Of a DNA stretch of 32,000 bases, positions 10,107-19,424 are shown piece by piece. Source of the DNA: Candidatus Methylomirabilis oxygeniifera (GTDB lineage Bacteria > Methylomirabilota > Methylomirabilia > Methylomirabilales > Methylomirabilaceae). Where the stretch lies: assembly GCA_000091165.1 (NCBI GenBank), contig FP565575.1:2190001-2222000 (forward strand). Direction: 5' to 3'. Every line of letters starts with the position of its first letter. Positions within the stretch are counted from its first letter, which is position 1. Made by a program: the position numbers and the translations under genes. The notes beneath the pieces are model-generated. The model ran no database searches and was not told the origin of the DNA. It worked only from the letters and a program-made list of their open reading frames with translations.

Positions 10107-10148
10107 CCGGGCGATTCTGCCCTCTGTGGAGCATGTAATGACAAGCGG

Positions 10149-10225
10149 TGGCGGGGCCGACGGGACTCGAACCCGCGACCTCCGGCGTGACAGGCCGGCG
10201 TTCTAACCGACTGAACTACGACCCC
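10149..10225 (-). tRNA. tRNA-Asp (GTC)
   Basis: Reverse complement GGGGTCGTAGTTCAGTCGGTTAGAACGCCGGCCTGTCACGCCGGAGGTCGCGGGTTCGAGTCCCGTCGGCCCCGCCA. Anticodon loop CTGTCAC, G discriminator and CCA encoded. Confidence 0.95.
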
Positions 10226-10322
10226 GCAAAGGCAGTAATTAGTGAATAGTGAGGAGTGATTGATAAAGTTTTCAGTAAAAGCCAACAACCACCCCCAGTA
10301 ATTTCAGCCTAACTGACACTAC

Positions 10323-10397
10323 TGGTGGGCGAAGAAGGTGTCGAACCTCCGACCCCCTGCTTGTAAGGCAGGTGCTCTCCCGCTGAGCTATTCGCCC
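10323..10397 (-). tRNA. tRNA-Val (TAC)
   Basis: Reverse complement GGGCGAATAGCTCAGCGGGAGAGCACCTGCCTTACAAGCAGGGGGTCGGAGGTTCGACACCTTCTTCGCCCACCA. Anticodon loop CTTACAA. Confidence 0.95.
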
Positions 10398-10571
10398 GGC
10401 TACGACCACCCGATACCTCGGGGAAGCAACCGGCCATCAGTATAGCCTATCAAGACCAAGTGTCAAGCCGAAACGCTACTCACCGTGGACCAAGATCTTC
10501 GATTGACCTTCCGTTTATGAGTGGATCGAAAAGAAGTTGGAGTGAAGCGCCATCGATGCCCTAGCGCTTAC

Positions 10572-10611
10572 TGAACCGCCCTCCGAACTGGAGAGTCCGG
10601 AGGGCGGTTCA
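10572..10611. other. Strong 14-bp perfect stem-loop just 3' of ssrA
   Basis: tgaaccgccctccg (10572-10585) and cggagggcggttca (10598-10611) are perfectly complementary with a 12-nt loop. It sits about 12 nt past the tmRNA 3' end. It may be a terminator or RNA 3'-end element, but there is no T tract on the minus strand. Confidence 0.6.
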
Positions 10612-10623
10612 ATTGTATTGCAT

Positions 10624-10973
10624 TGGTGGAGGCGGCGGGAGTCGAACCCGCGTCCGAGAACATGTCGGAAAGAGCATCTACGTGCGTAGCCTGCGTATGA
10701 ATTTTCGCCCCTTCAGGCCCCCACAGGCGGGGTCCCGGAGCGGCTAGCTCATGTGATCTTGCCCGCCTCCCCAAAGCGAGAGAGGCCAGCCAGCCCGTCT
10801 AGTCGGCGCCCAGATCCCGCCCGACAGGCGAAGCGGGGTGGACGTGGCTACCCTTAGGCGGCCAGTGCCAGTTCGTGATTGGCAGTTGCTTGTGTTCCCA
10901 CCTTTTCACGAGGTGATGGGTCCTCGGCACGCAGCCCTGACGCCCTTGCCCCCGTCGAAACCGGAGCGCCCCC
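10624..10973 (-). ncRNA. ssrA: Transfer-messenger RNA (tmRNA)
   Basis: The minus-strand 5' end GGGGGCGCTCCGGTTTCGACGGGGGC and 3' end GGACGCGGGTTCGACTCCCGCCGCCTCCACCA form the tRNA-like domain. An internal tag reading frame GCC AAT CAC GAA CTG GCA CTG GCC GCC TAA is present. Confidence 0.95.
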
Positions 10974-11058
10974 ATACGAAAGACGGTACCGTACATGATT
11001 GGGCGTAAAGGCAGACAGCTGCTTATAGCTTAAGCCGATCGACTGGAAAAGTCAACGG

Positions 11059-11532
11059 TTACCCCCGGTCGGCGCAGCCGCGAGCGAGCTGGGCCATCTC
11101 TTTCGTCATCGCGCGCTGCTTCAGGGTTTCCCGCTTGTCGTACAGCTTCTTCCCTCGGGCCAAGGCCAGCTCTACCTTGATCTTCCGCCCAGCCACATAG
11201 ACACTCAAGGGGATCACGGTGAGGCCCTTTGTCTGAACCTTCCCCATGAGTCTCATGATCTCCTCACGGTGCAACAGGAGTTTTCGCGTCCGATTCGGAT
11301 CCGGATTGAACCGGTTGCCGGCGGCATACGGACTGATGTGACAGTTAAACAGATATGCCTCCTCGTCCTCGATCGCGGCGTAGCTGTCTTTCAGGTCGGC
11401 CCCGCCCTCCCGCAGTGATTTTACCTCGGTCCCGGTGAGAGCTATCCCGGCCTCGATGACCTCTTCGATCTGGTACTCATACCTCGCCCGCCGATTGGAG
11501 CAGAGGATTCTTTTTTCCTGCGTCTGTGCCAT
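11059..11532 (-). CDS. smpB: SsrA-binding protein SmpB
   Basis: NRRARYEYQIEEVIEAGIALTGTEVKSLREGGADLKDSYAAIEDEEAYLFNCHISPYAAGNRFNPDPNRTRKLLLHREEI is canonical SmpB. The initiator M is internal to the reported ORF. Confidence 0.97.
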   Translation of the reverse strand: MAQTQEKRILCSNRRARYEYQIEEVIEAGIALTGTEVKSLREGGADLKDSYAAIEDEEAYLFNCHISPYAAGNRFNPDPNRTRKLLLHREEIMRLMGKVQTKGLTVIPLSVYVAGRKIKVELALARGKKLYDKRETLKQRAMTKEMAQLARGCADRG

Positions 11533-11824
11533 TAAGCCGACTATAGCGTAGCCTGACAGGATGCGACAAGTAGAATTCCAGATTCCCGGACTCACACACC
11601 AGGTATGATCAATGAAGGACGAGTGCCTCTACCCCATACAAGAGTTCTGAGGTAGAGCAGGGTCGTTTGGAGGCTACGCACCTTGATTGTCCTGCACTAT
11701 GTAAAATTGCTGAGGCCTTTTTTCCCTTGACAGATCATAGGAGAGTCTGGTAAGAGCTTCCAAAGCGGGCCGTCAGGAGCGGATGGTGATCGACTTATTA
11801 TAATGTACTGCGAAAGGAGGGGGC

Positions 11825-12097
11825 ATGACCAAGGCGGAACTCGTGGACAAGGTTGCCAAGGATGCATGCATCACAAAAAAGGCGGCGGAATCGGCCCTGG
11901 CCAGCGTCACAGCAGGGATACGGGACTCACTCAAGAAGGGGAAAAAGGTCACCCTGGTAGGCTTCGGGACGTTCTCTGTCGCCAGACGAGCGGCCCGGAA
12001 TGGGCGCAATCCTCAAACGGGTGATATCATCAAGATCAAGGCAGCGAAGACCCCGCGATTCAGAGCGGGAAAAGCCTTGAAAGACGCCGTCAGGTAA
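11825..12097 (+). CDS. HU-family DNA-binding protein
   Basis: [90 protein letters not shown] strong RBS-like aaaggaggg is upstream. Confidence 0.97.
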   Translation: MTKAELVDKVAKDACITKKAAESALASVTAGIRDSLKKGKKVTLVGFGTFSVARRAARNGRNPQTGDIIKIKAAKTPRFRAGKALKDAVR

Positions 12098-12155
12098 GTC
12101 GGATCTGCCGACGATTTGATCTGTCGATCATTCCGTCAGGCGTGACAGAATGCGA

Positions 12156-12191
12156 CGAAGAGGAGAGGAAGAGCCTCTCCTCTTCGTTTTT
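12156..12191 (+). terminator. Rho-independent terminator of the HU gene
   Basis: Perfect 13-bp stem cgaagaggagagg / cctctcctcttcg, loop aagag, followed by ttttt. It lies 59 nt downstream of the HU stop codon. Confidence 0.92.
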
Positions 12192-12341
12192 GTGAATGAT
12201 TCGGAACTGCTGAGGTTAATAGGCTGAGGACTTTTGGGGGTAGGCACCGAGAAGGTCTTGAACGGCTCGATTCGTGCTTCGCGTAACGATTGATATGTCT
12301 ATGCTTCAGCCTTCGGTCTTCAGCCGGAACCCCTGGAACGC

Positions 12342-12869
12342 TCACAAGCGTTTGAGAGTGGTGATCCGACGCTTGGCCTGCTTCGATGGGCGTCGAGTAG
12401 GGCCTTTTCGGCTCCGAGGTCCTGGATATTCTGGTTCCGGCTCATCATCGTCTTTTTGAAACTCTCCCTCACCCCCATTTCGCAGCGTACGATCCAGGCG
12501 CTCGTGAAACTCTTCGGCAGAGAGGGTCACAGCGCCGGTCCGTGCGACGCCATCTGCCAGCGCTCGATCTGAGGTGACGACGACCGCCCCGGATGGCGCC
12601 CTCTCAACAAATCGCAGGATAGCCTGATCGGCCTGCTCTCCGCGACGTGTAAACACCACCTGTAGTCCGGCGGCGGATTTTACCTGTTCGCTCATCCCGC
12701 CTCGTTCCCAGCCATCGAACACGACAGTAATTCGGTGGTCCTTGATGCGTCGGTAAGCGGACAATGTTGCCAGGAGCGCTTCCCGACCCTCTTCCATATC
12801 CCGGCGATCAAGGAGGGCAAATCGAGGGGAACGACGGATCAGATTATAGCCATCAATGACAATCCACAT
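12342..12869 (-). CDS. NYN-domain RNA endonuclease, YacP/Rae1-like
   Basis: MWIVIDGYNLIRRSPRF...ITVVFDGWERGG...ADQAILRFVERAPSGAVVVTSDRALADGVARTGAVTLSAEEF, typical of the YacP-like NYN family. Confidence 0.85.
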   Translation of the reverse strand: MWIVIDGYNLIRRSPRFALLDRRDMEEGREALLATLSAYRRIKDHRITVVFDGWERGGMSEQVKSAAGLQVVFTRRGEQADQAILRFVERAPSGAVVVTSDRALADGVARTGAVTLSAEEFHERLDRTLRNGGEGEFQKDDDEPEPEYPGPRSRKGPTRRPSKQAKRRITTLKRL

Positions 12870-12878
12870 GGATAGGAC

Positions 12879-13595
12879 CTAGCCCCCGGCTGCAGAGCGG
12901 ACGACCTGGAGCAGGCTAGACACAGCATCGGCCGGATCGTCCGCCGTCATGACAGCGGAGATCATGGCCGCCCCGTCGGCGCCGGCCGCCACCACGGAAG
13001 CCACATTGACGACAGTGACCCCTCCAATGCCGAGGATTGGAAGTCGAACCTGCCGTCTCACCTCACTGAGCCGCATGAGGCCGACGGGCGGCCCGTACGC
13101 TGCCTTGGACGGCGTCGGGAACAGGGGACCGAATACGATAAAATCCGCTCCGCCTCTCTCGGCCTCAATCACCTCTTCGAGTGAGTGGCAGGAGACGCCG
13201 ACCAGGCGCGCTGGCCCCAACAGGGCTCGCGCCTCGGCAGGCGGGAGGCTTGTTCTGGAAAGATGGACACCGTCGATCGGCAGGGCCAACGTCAGATCGA
13301 CTCGATCATTGATGAGGAGGCTGGCGCCTCGCCCGCGCACAATAGGCAGGAGTCGCTCCACCAGTTGATAGAGATCCCGCGTCGAGAGATCCTTCTCACG
13401 AAGCTGGATGGCTTTCGCCCCACCGGCAAGCGCGGCTTCAATGACCACTTCCAGGGGTCGACCGTTCGTCAGAGAGCGATCGGTGACGACATACAGACCC
13501 CACGAAGAAGGAGGGTGGAGGGTGGAGGGTGGAGGGTGGATCGAAAATGCCGTCTGAGAGTCTACGGGTCGCATACCTGACTCGACACTCGACAC
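12879..13595 (-). CDS. thiE: Thiamine-phosphate synthase, with an atypical N-terminal extension
   Basis: WGLYVVTDRSLTNGRPLEVVIEAALAGGAKAIQLREKDLSTRDLYQL, LLINDRVDLTLAL, GVHLSRTSLPP, IGVSCHSLEE, DFIVFGPLFPTPSK, LPILGIGGVTVVN. The start assignment is uncertain (GTG at 13595 or ATG at 13574). Confidence 0.92.
   Translation of the reverse strand: MSSVESGMRPVDSQTAFSIHPPPSTLHPPSSWGLYVVTDRSLTNGRPLEVVIEAALAGGAKAIQLREKDLSTRDLYQLVERLLPIVRGRGASLLINDRVDLTLALPIDGVHLSRTSLPPAEARALLGPARLVGVSCHSLEEVIEAERGGADFIVFGPLFPTPSKAAYGPPVGLMRLSEVRRQVRLPILGIGGVTVVNVASVVAAGADGAAMISAVMTADDPADAVSSLLQVVRSAAGG
13512..13542. repeat. Perfect 7-bp tandem repeat (ggagggt)x4 + gga
   Basis: Read directly: ggagggt-ggagggt-ggagggt-ggagggt-gga. 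It has four GGG tracts with 4-nt spacers on the + strand. Confidence 0.97.
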
Positions 13596-13607
13596 TTGAA
13601 ACTGACG

Positions 13608-14417
13608 TTACTCGATCATACCTTCCAGCGGGCTCGATGCGCTGGCGTAGAGCTTCTTCGGGATTCGTCCGGCCAGGTACGACAATCGCCCGGCGATGAT
13701 CGCGTGTCGCATCGCTGTCGCCATCCCGATCGGATCCTTGGCGCCGGCAATCGCCGTATTCATCAGTACGCCATCGCATCCCAGCTCCATAGCGATAGAG
13801 GCATCCGACGCCGTGCCCACCCCCGCATCGACAATAATCGGGACCCGAGCCGCCTCGAGAATGATCCTGATGTTGTGCGGGTTTCGTATCCCAAGACCGG
13901 AACCGATGGGGGCGGCGAGCGGCATCACGACGGCTGCGCCGGCATCCTCCAGCTTCTTCGCCATGATCGGATCGTCGTTGGTATAAGGCAAGACCACAAA
14001 ACCCTCCCTGACTAATACCTTGGTCGCCTTCAGCAGTTCCTCATTGTCCGGGAAGAGGGTCCGCTGATCGCCGATCACCTCCAGCTTGACCATGTCCGAG
14101 AGACCGACCTCTCGGGCCAGCATCGCGGTCTTGATCGCCTCTTCCGCACTGTAGCAGCCGGCGGTGTTGGGTAGGAGCGCATACTTTTCGGTGTCGATGT
14201 AGTCCAGGAGCGACTCCCGGGTTCGATCCAGGTTCACCCTTCTGACCGCTACCGTCACCATCTCGGCGCCGGAGGCCTCGTGCGCCTGTTGCATCGTCCG
14301 ATGGTCCGGAAATTTACCCGTCCCGACGATGAGTCGCGACCGAAACTCTCTGTCGCCAATTTTTAGAATATCCTCCCTCTCTCTCACACTATTCTCCAAC
14401 GCCGCCCCGCTCCTCAT
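13608..14417 (-). CDS. thiG: Thiazole synthase
   Basis: [120 protein letters not shown]. Confidence 0.97.
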   Translation of the reverse strand: MRSGAALENSVREREDILKIGDREFRSRLIVGTGKFPDHRTMQQAHEASGAEMVTVAVRRVNLDRTRESLLDYIDTEKYALLPNTAGCYSAEEAIKTAMLAREVGLSDMVKLEVIGDQRTLFPDNEELLKATKVLVREGFVVLPYTNDDPIMAKKLEDAGAAVVMPLAAPIGSGLGIRNPHNIRIILEAARVPIIVDAGVGTASDASIAMELGCDGVLMNTAIAGAKDPIGMATAMRHAIIAGRLSYLAGRIPKKLYASASSPLEGMIE

Positions 14418-14620
14418 GAGGACCCGCCGGCCATGAAAGTAATGATCTCCAACGTGTCCCCCGCCTGCAGCAGAGTGCTCTCATGCAGCTCACGTTTGAT
14501 AATCCGCTCATTGAGCTGAACAGCCACCCTGAGCGGATTGATCTGTAACTCCTCCAGCAGCCTGGTGATCGTCGCGTCATCTGCCACTGTACGCGTCTTC
14601 CCGTTGACGATGAGTTCCAC
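14414..14620 (-). CDS. thiS: Sulfur carrier protein ThiS
   Basis: [68 protein letters not shown]. ThiS-like, ending in Gly-Gly plus Ser-Ser, and overlapping thiG. Confidence 0.9.
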   Translation of the reverse strand: MELIVNGKTRTVADDATITRLLEELQINPLRVAVQLNERIIKRELHESTLLQAGDTLEIITFMAGGSS

Positions 14621-14788
14621 GATGAAGCTCTTCCTGACCAGCGAATGCTATTAGCGATCAGCGTTCAGTAAAGAGAAGGTTGCTTGTCTTTCCGGGTCTC
14701 GCTGAACGCTGAGTGCTGAGCGCTGCTTTATTGTGACCTTACCCCACGTATGACAACTTGTCAACGAGGGCAAGGGCCTGCGACCTCC

Positions 14789-15592
14789 TCAGATCCCGCC
14801 GCGCTTCTGCCCACTGAATATCGGCGGACGCTTCTCGGCAAAGGCCGTTAACCCTTCGCGGACATCTGCGCTCTGGCTGCTGAGGGCGATGAGCTGAGCT
14901 TCGTTCTCCATCTGGGTCTCCAGGCTTGCATGGTCGCTCATGAACAGAAGCCGCTTGGCCCGACCGAGGGCGAGCCTCGAGCCGGAGGCCAGCTCGTCGG
15001 CCATGGCGCGTACAGTGGTCACGAACTCGGCGTCCGGTACGACCCGGTTGACCAGTCCCCATGCTGCCGCCTCGCCTGCCGTCAGGATCCGGTTGGTGAA
15101 GGTTAACTCCATCGCCCGTCGCAACCCTACCAATCGGGGAAGAAAATAACTTGAGCCGGCATCAGGGGGGAGTCCGAGCCTCGTATAGGCCATGGTAAAT
15201 CGGGCCGACTGAGTCGCCACAGCCAGATCACAGGCCATGGCCAAGCCCATCCCGGCGCCGGCGGCCACCCCACCCACTCCGGCAATGACCGGTTTCGGCA
15301 TCCGACAGATGCATGAGATCACGCCGTGGAGAGACACTAACAGCCGCTTGACGTGCAGGGTGAGGGTATCGGCGTGCTCGATAAGCTCTCCGACATCTCC
15401 GCCGGCGCAAAAGGCCTGGCCAGCGCCCATCAGCACGACGACGCGAACCGTTCGGTCCTCGCGACTGGTGAGGACCGCCTCCAGCAGCTCCTCCACCATC
15501 TGCCCGTTCAACGCGTTGTAGCACTCAGGTCGGTTCAGGGTGATCGTAGCTACCGAACCCTGTACCGTGTATATCAGTGTCTTGTAGGCCAT
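14789..15592 (-). CDS. Enoyl-CoA hydratase/isomerase family protein
   Basis: VATITLNRPECYNALNGQM, GAGQAFCAGGDVGE, KPVIAGVGGVAAGAGMGLAMACDLAVATQSARFTMAYTRLGLPPDAGSSYFLPRLVG. Confidence 0.93.
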   Translation of the reverse strand: MAYKTLIYTVQGSVATITLNRPECYNALNGQMVEELLEAVLTSREDRTVRVVVLMGAGQAFCAGGDVGELIEHADTLTLHVKRLLVSLHGVISCICRMPKPVIAGVGGVAAGAGMGLAMACDLAVATQSARFTMAYTRLGLPPDAGSSYFLPRLVGLRRAMELTFTNRILTAGEAAAWGLVNRVVPDAEFVTTVRAMADELASGSRLALGRAKRLLFMSDHASLETQMENEAQLIALSSQSADVREGLTAFAEKRPPIFSGQKRGGI

Positions 15593-15667
15593 TCTGCCCC
15601 TACTCAACGCAAAGATACGGAAGGACTGAACACCGCTAAAAGCCTTTAGCCCTCGGTCTCCAGCCTC

Positions 15668-16423
15668 TTATGTGGCCTCCGCGAAACTGGTGATGATGTA
15701 CGTCCCGCTCTTAGGATCCCGCTTCAGCTCGATAATATTGTGTTTGGCGGCGTCCTCCAGTAGTTTGGAAAAGGTACTATACCCGTAATACCCTTCGTTA
15801 AAAGAGGGCCGCTTGCGGATCATCGTCTGTTTCACCATTGAACCCCAGAGCACCTCCTTGTTCTCCCGCAGGAGAGCCTGGATGGAGTCTCCAAGGAGTT
15901 CAAATACCTCCACCTTCTTCTCGGGTAGACCGGAAAGGACGGGTGCTTTCTTGGGATGGCGGATCAGATCTTCGTAGTAGATGAATTCGTCGCAGTTGTC
16001 CACCAACAGCTCAGAAACCGAATTCTTGACGCCGAGGCCGATGACCTCCTTGTTATTTTCTCGCAACTTGGAGACCAGCGGTGAAAAATCACTGTCGCCG
16101 GACACAATGACAAAGGTATCAAGATGCTCCTTGGAGTAGGCCATATCCATCGCATCTACCGCGAGCCGGATGTCGGCACTGTTCTTGCCGCTGATTCGCT
16201 TCTGCGGGATGTCGATTAACTCGATCGCCGCTTCGTGAAGGGCCCGTTTATGCTCGGCGTAACGTCCCCAGTCGGCGTAGGCACGCTTCACCATAATCTT
16301 TCCCTTCTCCACAAGGCGCTCAAGTACAAGGCCGATCTCGAACTGCTTGTGCTTGGCCTCCTTGATCCCGATCGCAATATTCTCGAAATCGATGAAGAGG
16401 GCGAGCCTCTTCTCTTCGTTCAT
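15668..16423 (-). CDS. LabA-like NYN-domain protein with C-terminal OST-HTH/LOTUS-like domain
   Basis: RLALFIDFENIAIG...VKRAYADW...ISGKNSADIRLAVDAMDMAYSKEHLDTFVIVSGDSDFSPLVSKLRENNKEVIGLG (NYN). C-terminal LLGDSIQALLRENKEVLWGSMVKQTMIRKRPSFNEGYYGYSTFSKLLEDAAKHNIIEL (LOTUS-like). Confidence 0.88.
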   Translation of the reverse strand: MNEEKRLALFIDFENIAIGIKEAKHKQFEIGLVLERLVEKGKIMVKRAYADWGRYAEHKRALHEAAIELIDIPQKRISGKNSADIRLAVDAMDMAYSKEHLDTFVIVSGDSDFSPLVSKLRENNKEVIGLGVKNSVSELLVDNCDEFIYYEDLIRHPKKAPVLSGLPEKKVEVFELLGDSIQALLRENKEVLWGSMVKQTMIRKRPSFNEGYYGYSTFSKLLEDAAKHNIIELKRDPKSGTYIITSFAEAT

Positions 16424-16611
16424 TGAACTCCTTTCTACTTGACGCTTCTCAAACAGCGCCGATGACACGACGGATGATCTGCGCGTTCGGCGCAGCACCG
16501 CCTTGGTTCAAGGCTAAACATGCCCCTGTAGGCTGCCAATAGGTTTCATCGGATTGAAAGTTGTTCCGCCCTTCCTTCCAGCGTCACCTGTTGTTGCCGG
16601 ACTGTCTCCTC

Positions 16612-17817
16612 TTATTTCTGATGGGAAGGAGCCATGTTCTCTCCGGTCCATCGCTCCACCACCATGGCAGTAAGGCCCTGTCGACTTGAGCGGCTGACGA
16701 TGAGCCACGTCGCCGTAAGCACGAGGTACGCAATAGCATAGAGGTGACGGGAGACAGGATCCGTGAAGAATAGTTGGGTGGCAAAGAGAACAAATACGAA
16801 CCCGGCTTCCGCCAGAGAAAATGAAAGATTGGCCAGCACGGCGATCGCAAAGAGCGATTGGGCCGCCGTCAGAAATATCTCCTCTGTCTGTCTGGCATCC
16901 AGGTGCATCGGCCCAAGATGGCCGGCAGAGAGGTTGTAGGCAAGCGGGAGCATGCCGATCAGGAGGGTCCACTGGTTGACCTTGGAAGACACAAGGGTGC
17001 CCATACTGGCCCCGGGGTTCCCACGCAATGCAAAGACGATCGCCACAATAAATTCGGGAGACTCGGAAGCCAGCGGCGCCAGCCACTGTACCAGCAGAAA
17101 CTCCTCAATGGCGAATGCCCGGCCGGTCGCCAGCAGCCCCTCAGCGAAGGGCTCGGCTGCGAGAAAGATGCCGAGCCCGGCATAGATGAATAACGCGATG
17201 GTGGCCAACCGACGTGGCGTCTGACGCATCCGCATCAATAGTTCCCCGACCCCTCCATCCAGTTCCGGCTCGACGATCTGCGCCTTCGAGGCCGAAATCA
17301 TGTACGACACAAAAATCGCCAACAAAACGGTTGAGTCGAGCCACGAGAGGGTTCCTTTCAGTGGAATCATAAAGCTATAAATAGTGGCAAGCGCGAGGTG
17401 AAGGAGTTCGATGGTGCGCGTACGGTCGAGGACGACCTGTCGATGTCGGGTCTTGAGCCAGAAGGTCGCGACAACGGAGGCCCACCCGATGCCGATCAGC
17501 AAACGGTTTGCGCCGGTCATGTTGGCGGTGGCGTAGGCGATGTAGGCCGGATCCTTGCCGGCAGACCAGGCAAAGTAGATGTCTACCGCGTATTCAGGGA
17601 GTACGGCGACCAGAGCGAGAAAGGCCAGCGCAAGCGCCTGCGGGATATCAACCTGCGCAACCTCGGCCGCCCAGGACAGCAGGAACGCCGCTCCAAAGAT
17701 AGCCAATCCGGCGCCAACCGCCTCCCACTGGGGCGGCAGATGGACGTCGAAGAGCCGGATGCCTATCCACTGCAAAGGCAAAAGGATCGCGGTGATCAAC
17801 CGCAGCGTTGTACTCAT
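16612..17817 (-). CDS. Sodium/calcium exchanger-type (CaCA) membrane protein
   Basis: Multiple TM segments and two related motifs: [36 protein letters not shown], and [43 protein letters not shown]. Confidence 0.85.
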   Translation of the reverse strand: MSTTLRLITAILLPLQWIGIRLFDVHLPPQWEAVGAGLAIFGAAFLLSWAAEVAQVDIPQALALAFLALVAVLPEYAVDIYFAWSAGKDPAYIAYATANMTGANRLLIGIGWASVVATFWLKTRHRQVVLDRTRTIELLHLALATIYSFMIPLKGTLSWLDSTVLLAIFVSYMISASKAQIVEPELDGGVGELLMRMRQTPRRLATIALFIYAGLGIFLAAEPFAEGLLATGRAFAIEEFLLVQWLAPLASESPEFIVAIVFALRGNPGASMGTLVSSKVNQWTLLIGMLPLAYNLSAGHLGPMHLDARQTEEIFLTAAQSLFAIAVLANLSFSLAEAGFVFVLFATQLFFTDPVSRHLYAIAYLVLTATWLIVSRSSRQGLTAMVVERWTGENMAPSHQK

Positions 17818-17860
17818 CGCCTGAGTGCTACCTGACCTCCAGGACCTACTCTCCAAAACC

Positions 17861-18742
17861 TCATCCGACCTCCAGGTCCCTCGAGATGTCTCGCTTTCGC
17901 CTCTGCCGCCGATAATGATCAAGTTTAATCCATCTGAAGAGCGGCTCACGATACAGGTACAGCAACAAGCACACCGCAACCAGGAAGAAAATAAGGGTCA
18001 AGAAGCTGCCGTAGTGAGCGGTCCGGACCTGCCGTCCCTGCATGGAGAGGAACCATGTGCCGGGAATACGTCCTACGGCGGTGAGCAGAAAGAAGGTGCC
18101 AAACGAAAGAGGACTGGCGCCGAGGATGTAGCACAGGAAGTCCTTTGGGAAGCCGGGGATGAGAAAGAGGAGGAAGGTGATCAACTTGCCCTGGGTCCGC
18201 GTGAGAAAGAAAAACATCTCGTAGGTCTCTGGCGTGACGAACCGGCGAGCGAAATGGTGTCCAAGCCAACGACCCAGACTGAAGGCGAGGCACGAGCCGA
18301 TAGTCAGACCGATGGTCGAATAGATGAGACCCGGAAGCGTCCCGAAGAGATAGCCGCCGAGGATGCCCGTCACCTCACCAGGGATCGGTGCAACAACGAT
18401 CTGGAGAGCCTGAAGTCCGATAAACACGAGGGGCGCCCACGGTCCGGCCTGTTTCACATATCGGGCTAACTCCTGTTCGTTAAAGGTGGGCTCAATCCAT
18501 TCCCAGTACCCGTCCAGGTCGAGCCGCTCATTGAGCAGAGTATAGGCCGAGATCAGACCAACCACGGTTATGAGAACCGCGGCAATAATCACGATTTTCT
18601 TCGCAAACGAACGTTGATCGAGCAATGTGGGCAACACGGAACTAGTCGCGGTGTCCGACAGGAAGCGATTGAACCTGGTCGGCTTGAGTCGGAACTCGCC
18701 TCGCCTGATTAAGGTGATGGGGTCGCGCGTACGGCTCAGCAC
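17861..18742 (-). CDS. TVP38/TMEM64 (DedA-like/SNARE-associated) membrane protein
   Basis: [62 protein letters not shown]...[27 protein letters not shown]. Confidence 0.9.
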   Translation of the reverse strand: MLSRTRDPITLIRRGEFRLKPTRFNRFLSDTATSSVLPTLLDQRSFAKKIVIIAAVLITVVGLISAYTLLNERLDLDGYWEWIEPTFNEQELARYVKQAGPWAPLVFIGLQALQIVVAPIPGEVTGILGGYLFGTLPGLIYSTIGLTIGSCLAFSLGRWLGHHFARRFVTPETYEMFFFLTRTQGKLITFLLFLIPGFPKDFLCYILGASPLSFGTFFLLTAVGRIPGTWFLSMQGRQVRTAHYGSFLTLIFFLVAVCLLLYLYREPLFRWIKLDHYRRQRRKRDISRDLEVG

Positions 18743-19081
18743 AGAACCTCGCCCGTACGCGCGAGGGAATAAAACGGCAAGGTGCAGAGCGTGACATGGA
18801 ATGATCGGAGCGCAGTATCGTCATATCCCGCAATTCTCATACCTGTTCAGCCACGCTACTGTCAAGCAAAATCCTTCTCGCCTGCCTGGCGGCGGACTGC
18901 CGCCGGCCTCTCCAGATCGGAATCGATCGGCTCATCACCTTGACATTGCAGAATCCGTGGCTTATTCTACGTCCTACGGTCGATCCGGACCGGCTGGAGC
19001 CGATGAGTGTACGGCAGCGGAGGCGTGGCGTACTGTTATGGTCGTCTTCCGGTAAAGCCGGTCGAAAAGGAGGTGGCAGTA

Positions 19082-19363
19082 GTGCCGATTTACGAATACG
19101 AGTGCGAAGTCTGTCATCACAGGTTCGAGGCCATCCAGAAGATGTCGGACAAGCCGATTAAAAAGTGCGTATTGTGCGAGGGTAAGGTCCACAAGCTGCT
19201 CTCCGCCCCAGGCCTACTCTTTAAGGGGTCGGGATGGTACGTGACCGATTATGCCAATCCCGAGCGAAAAAAGGCCATGGAGGCTGATAAAAAGGCAGCC
19301 TCAGCCGATAGCGGCAGCACAAAAACTGAGAGCAAGGAATCGAAGAAGAGCGGCACCCATTAA
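19082..19363 (+). CDS. FmdB-family zinc-ribbon protein (GTG start)
   Basis: VPIYEYECEVCHHRFEAIQKMSDKPIKKCVLCEGKVHKLLSAPGLLFKGSGWYVTDYANP is the FmdB/CxxC pattern. Confidence 0.92.
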   Translation: MPIYEYECEVCHHRFEAIQKMSDKPIKKCVLCEGKVHKLLSAPGLLFKGSGWYVTDYANPERKKAMEADKKAASADSGSTKTESKESKKSGTH

Positions 19364-19424
19364 CCTGAACCGAAACCGCCGGCCTCATACGTAAAGTTCG
19401 GTTGGTTTGGCTTGGCGCGTAACG

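Noticed and set aside
10572-10611. Calling the ssrA-downstream hairpin a rho-independent terminator
   Set aside because: The stem is perfect, but the minus-strand sequence after it (GTAAGCGC...) has no U tract, so I list it only as a stem-loop.
10799-10996. 65 aa ORF over the tmRNA
   Set aside because: It overlaps the ssrA RNA gene, and only the short tag frame is meaningful.
14621-14788. TPP riboswitch upstream of the thiSGE operon
   Set aside because: I looked for CUGAGA...ACCUGA-type core motifs on the minus strand and did not find them.
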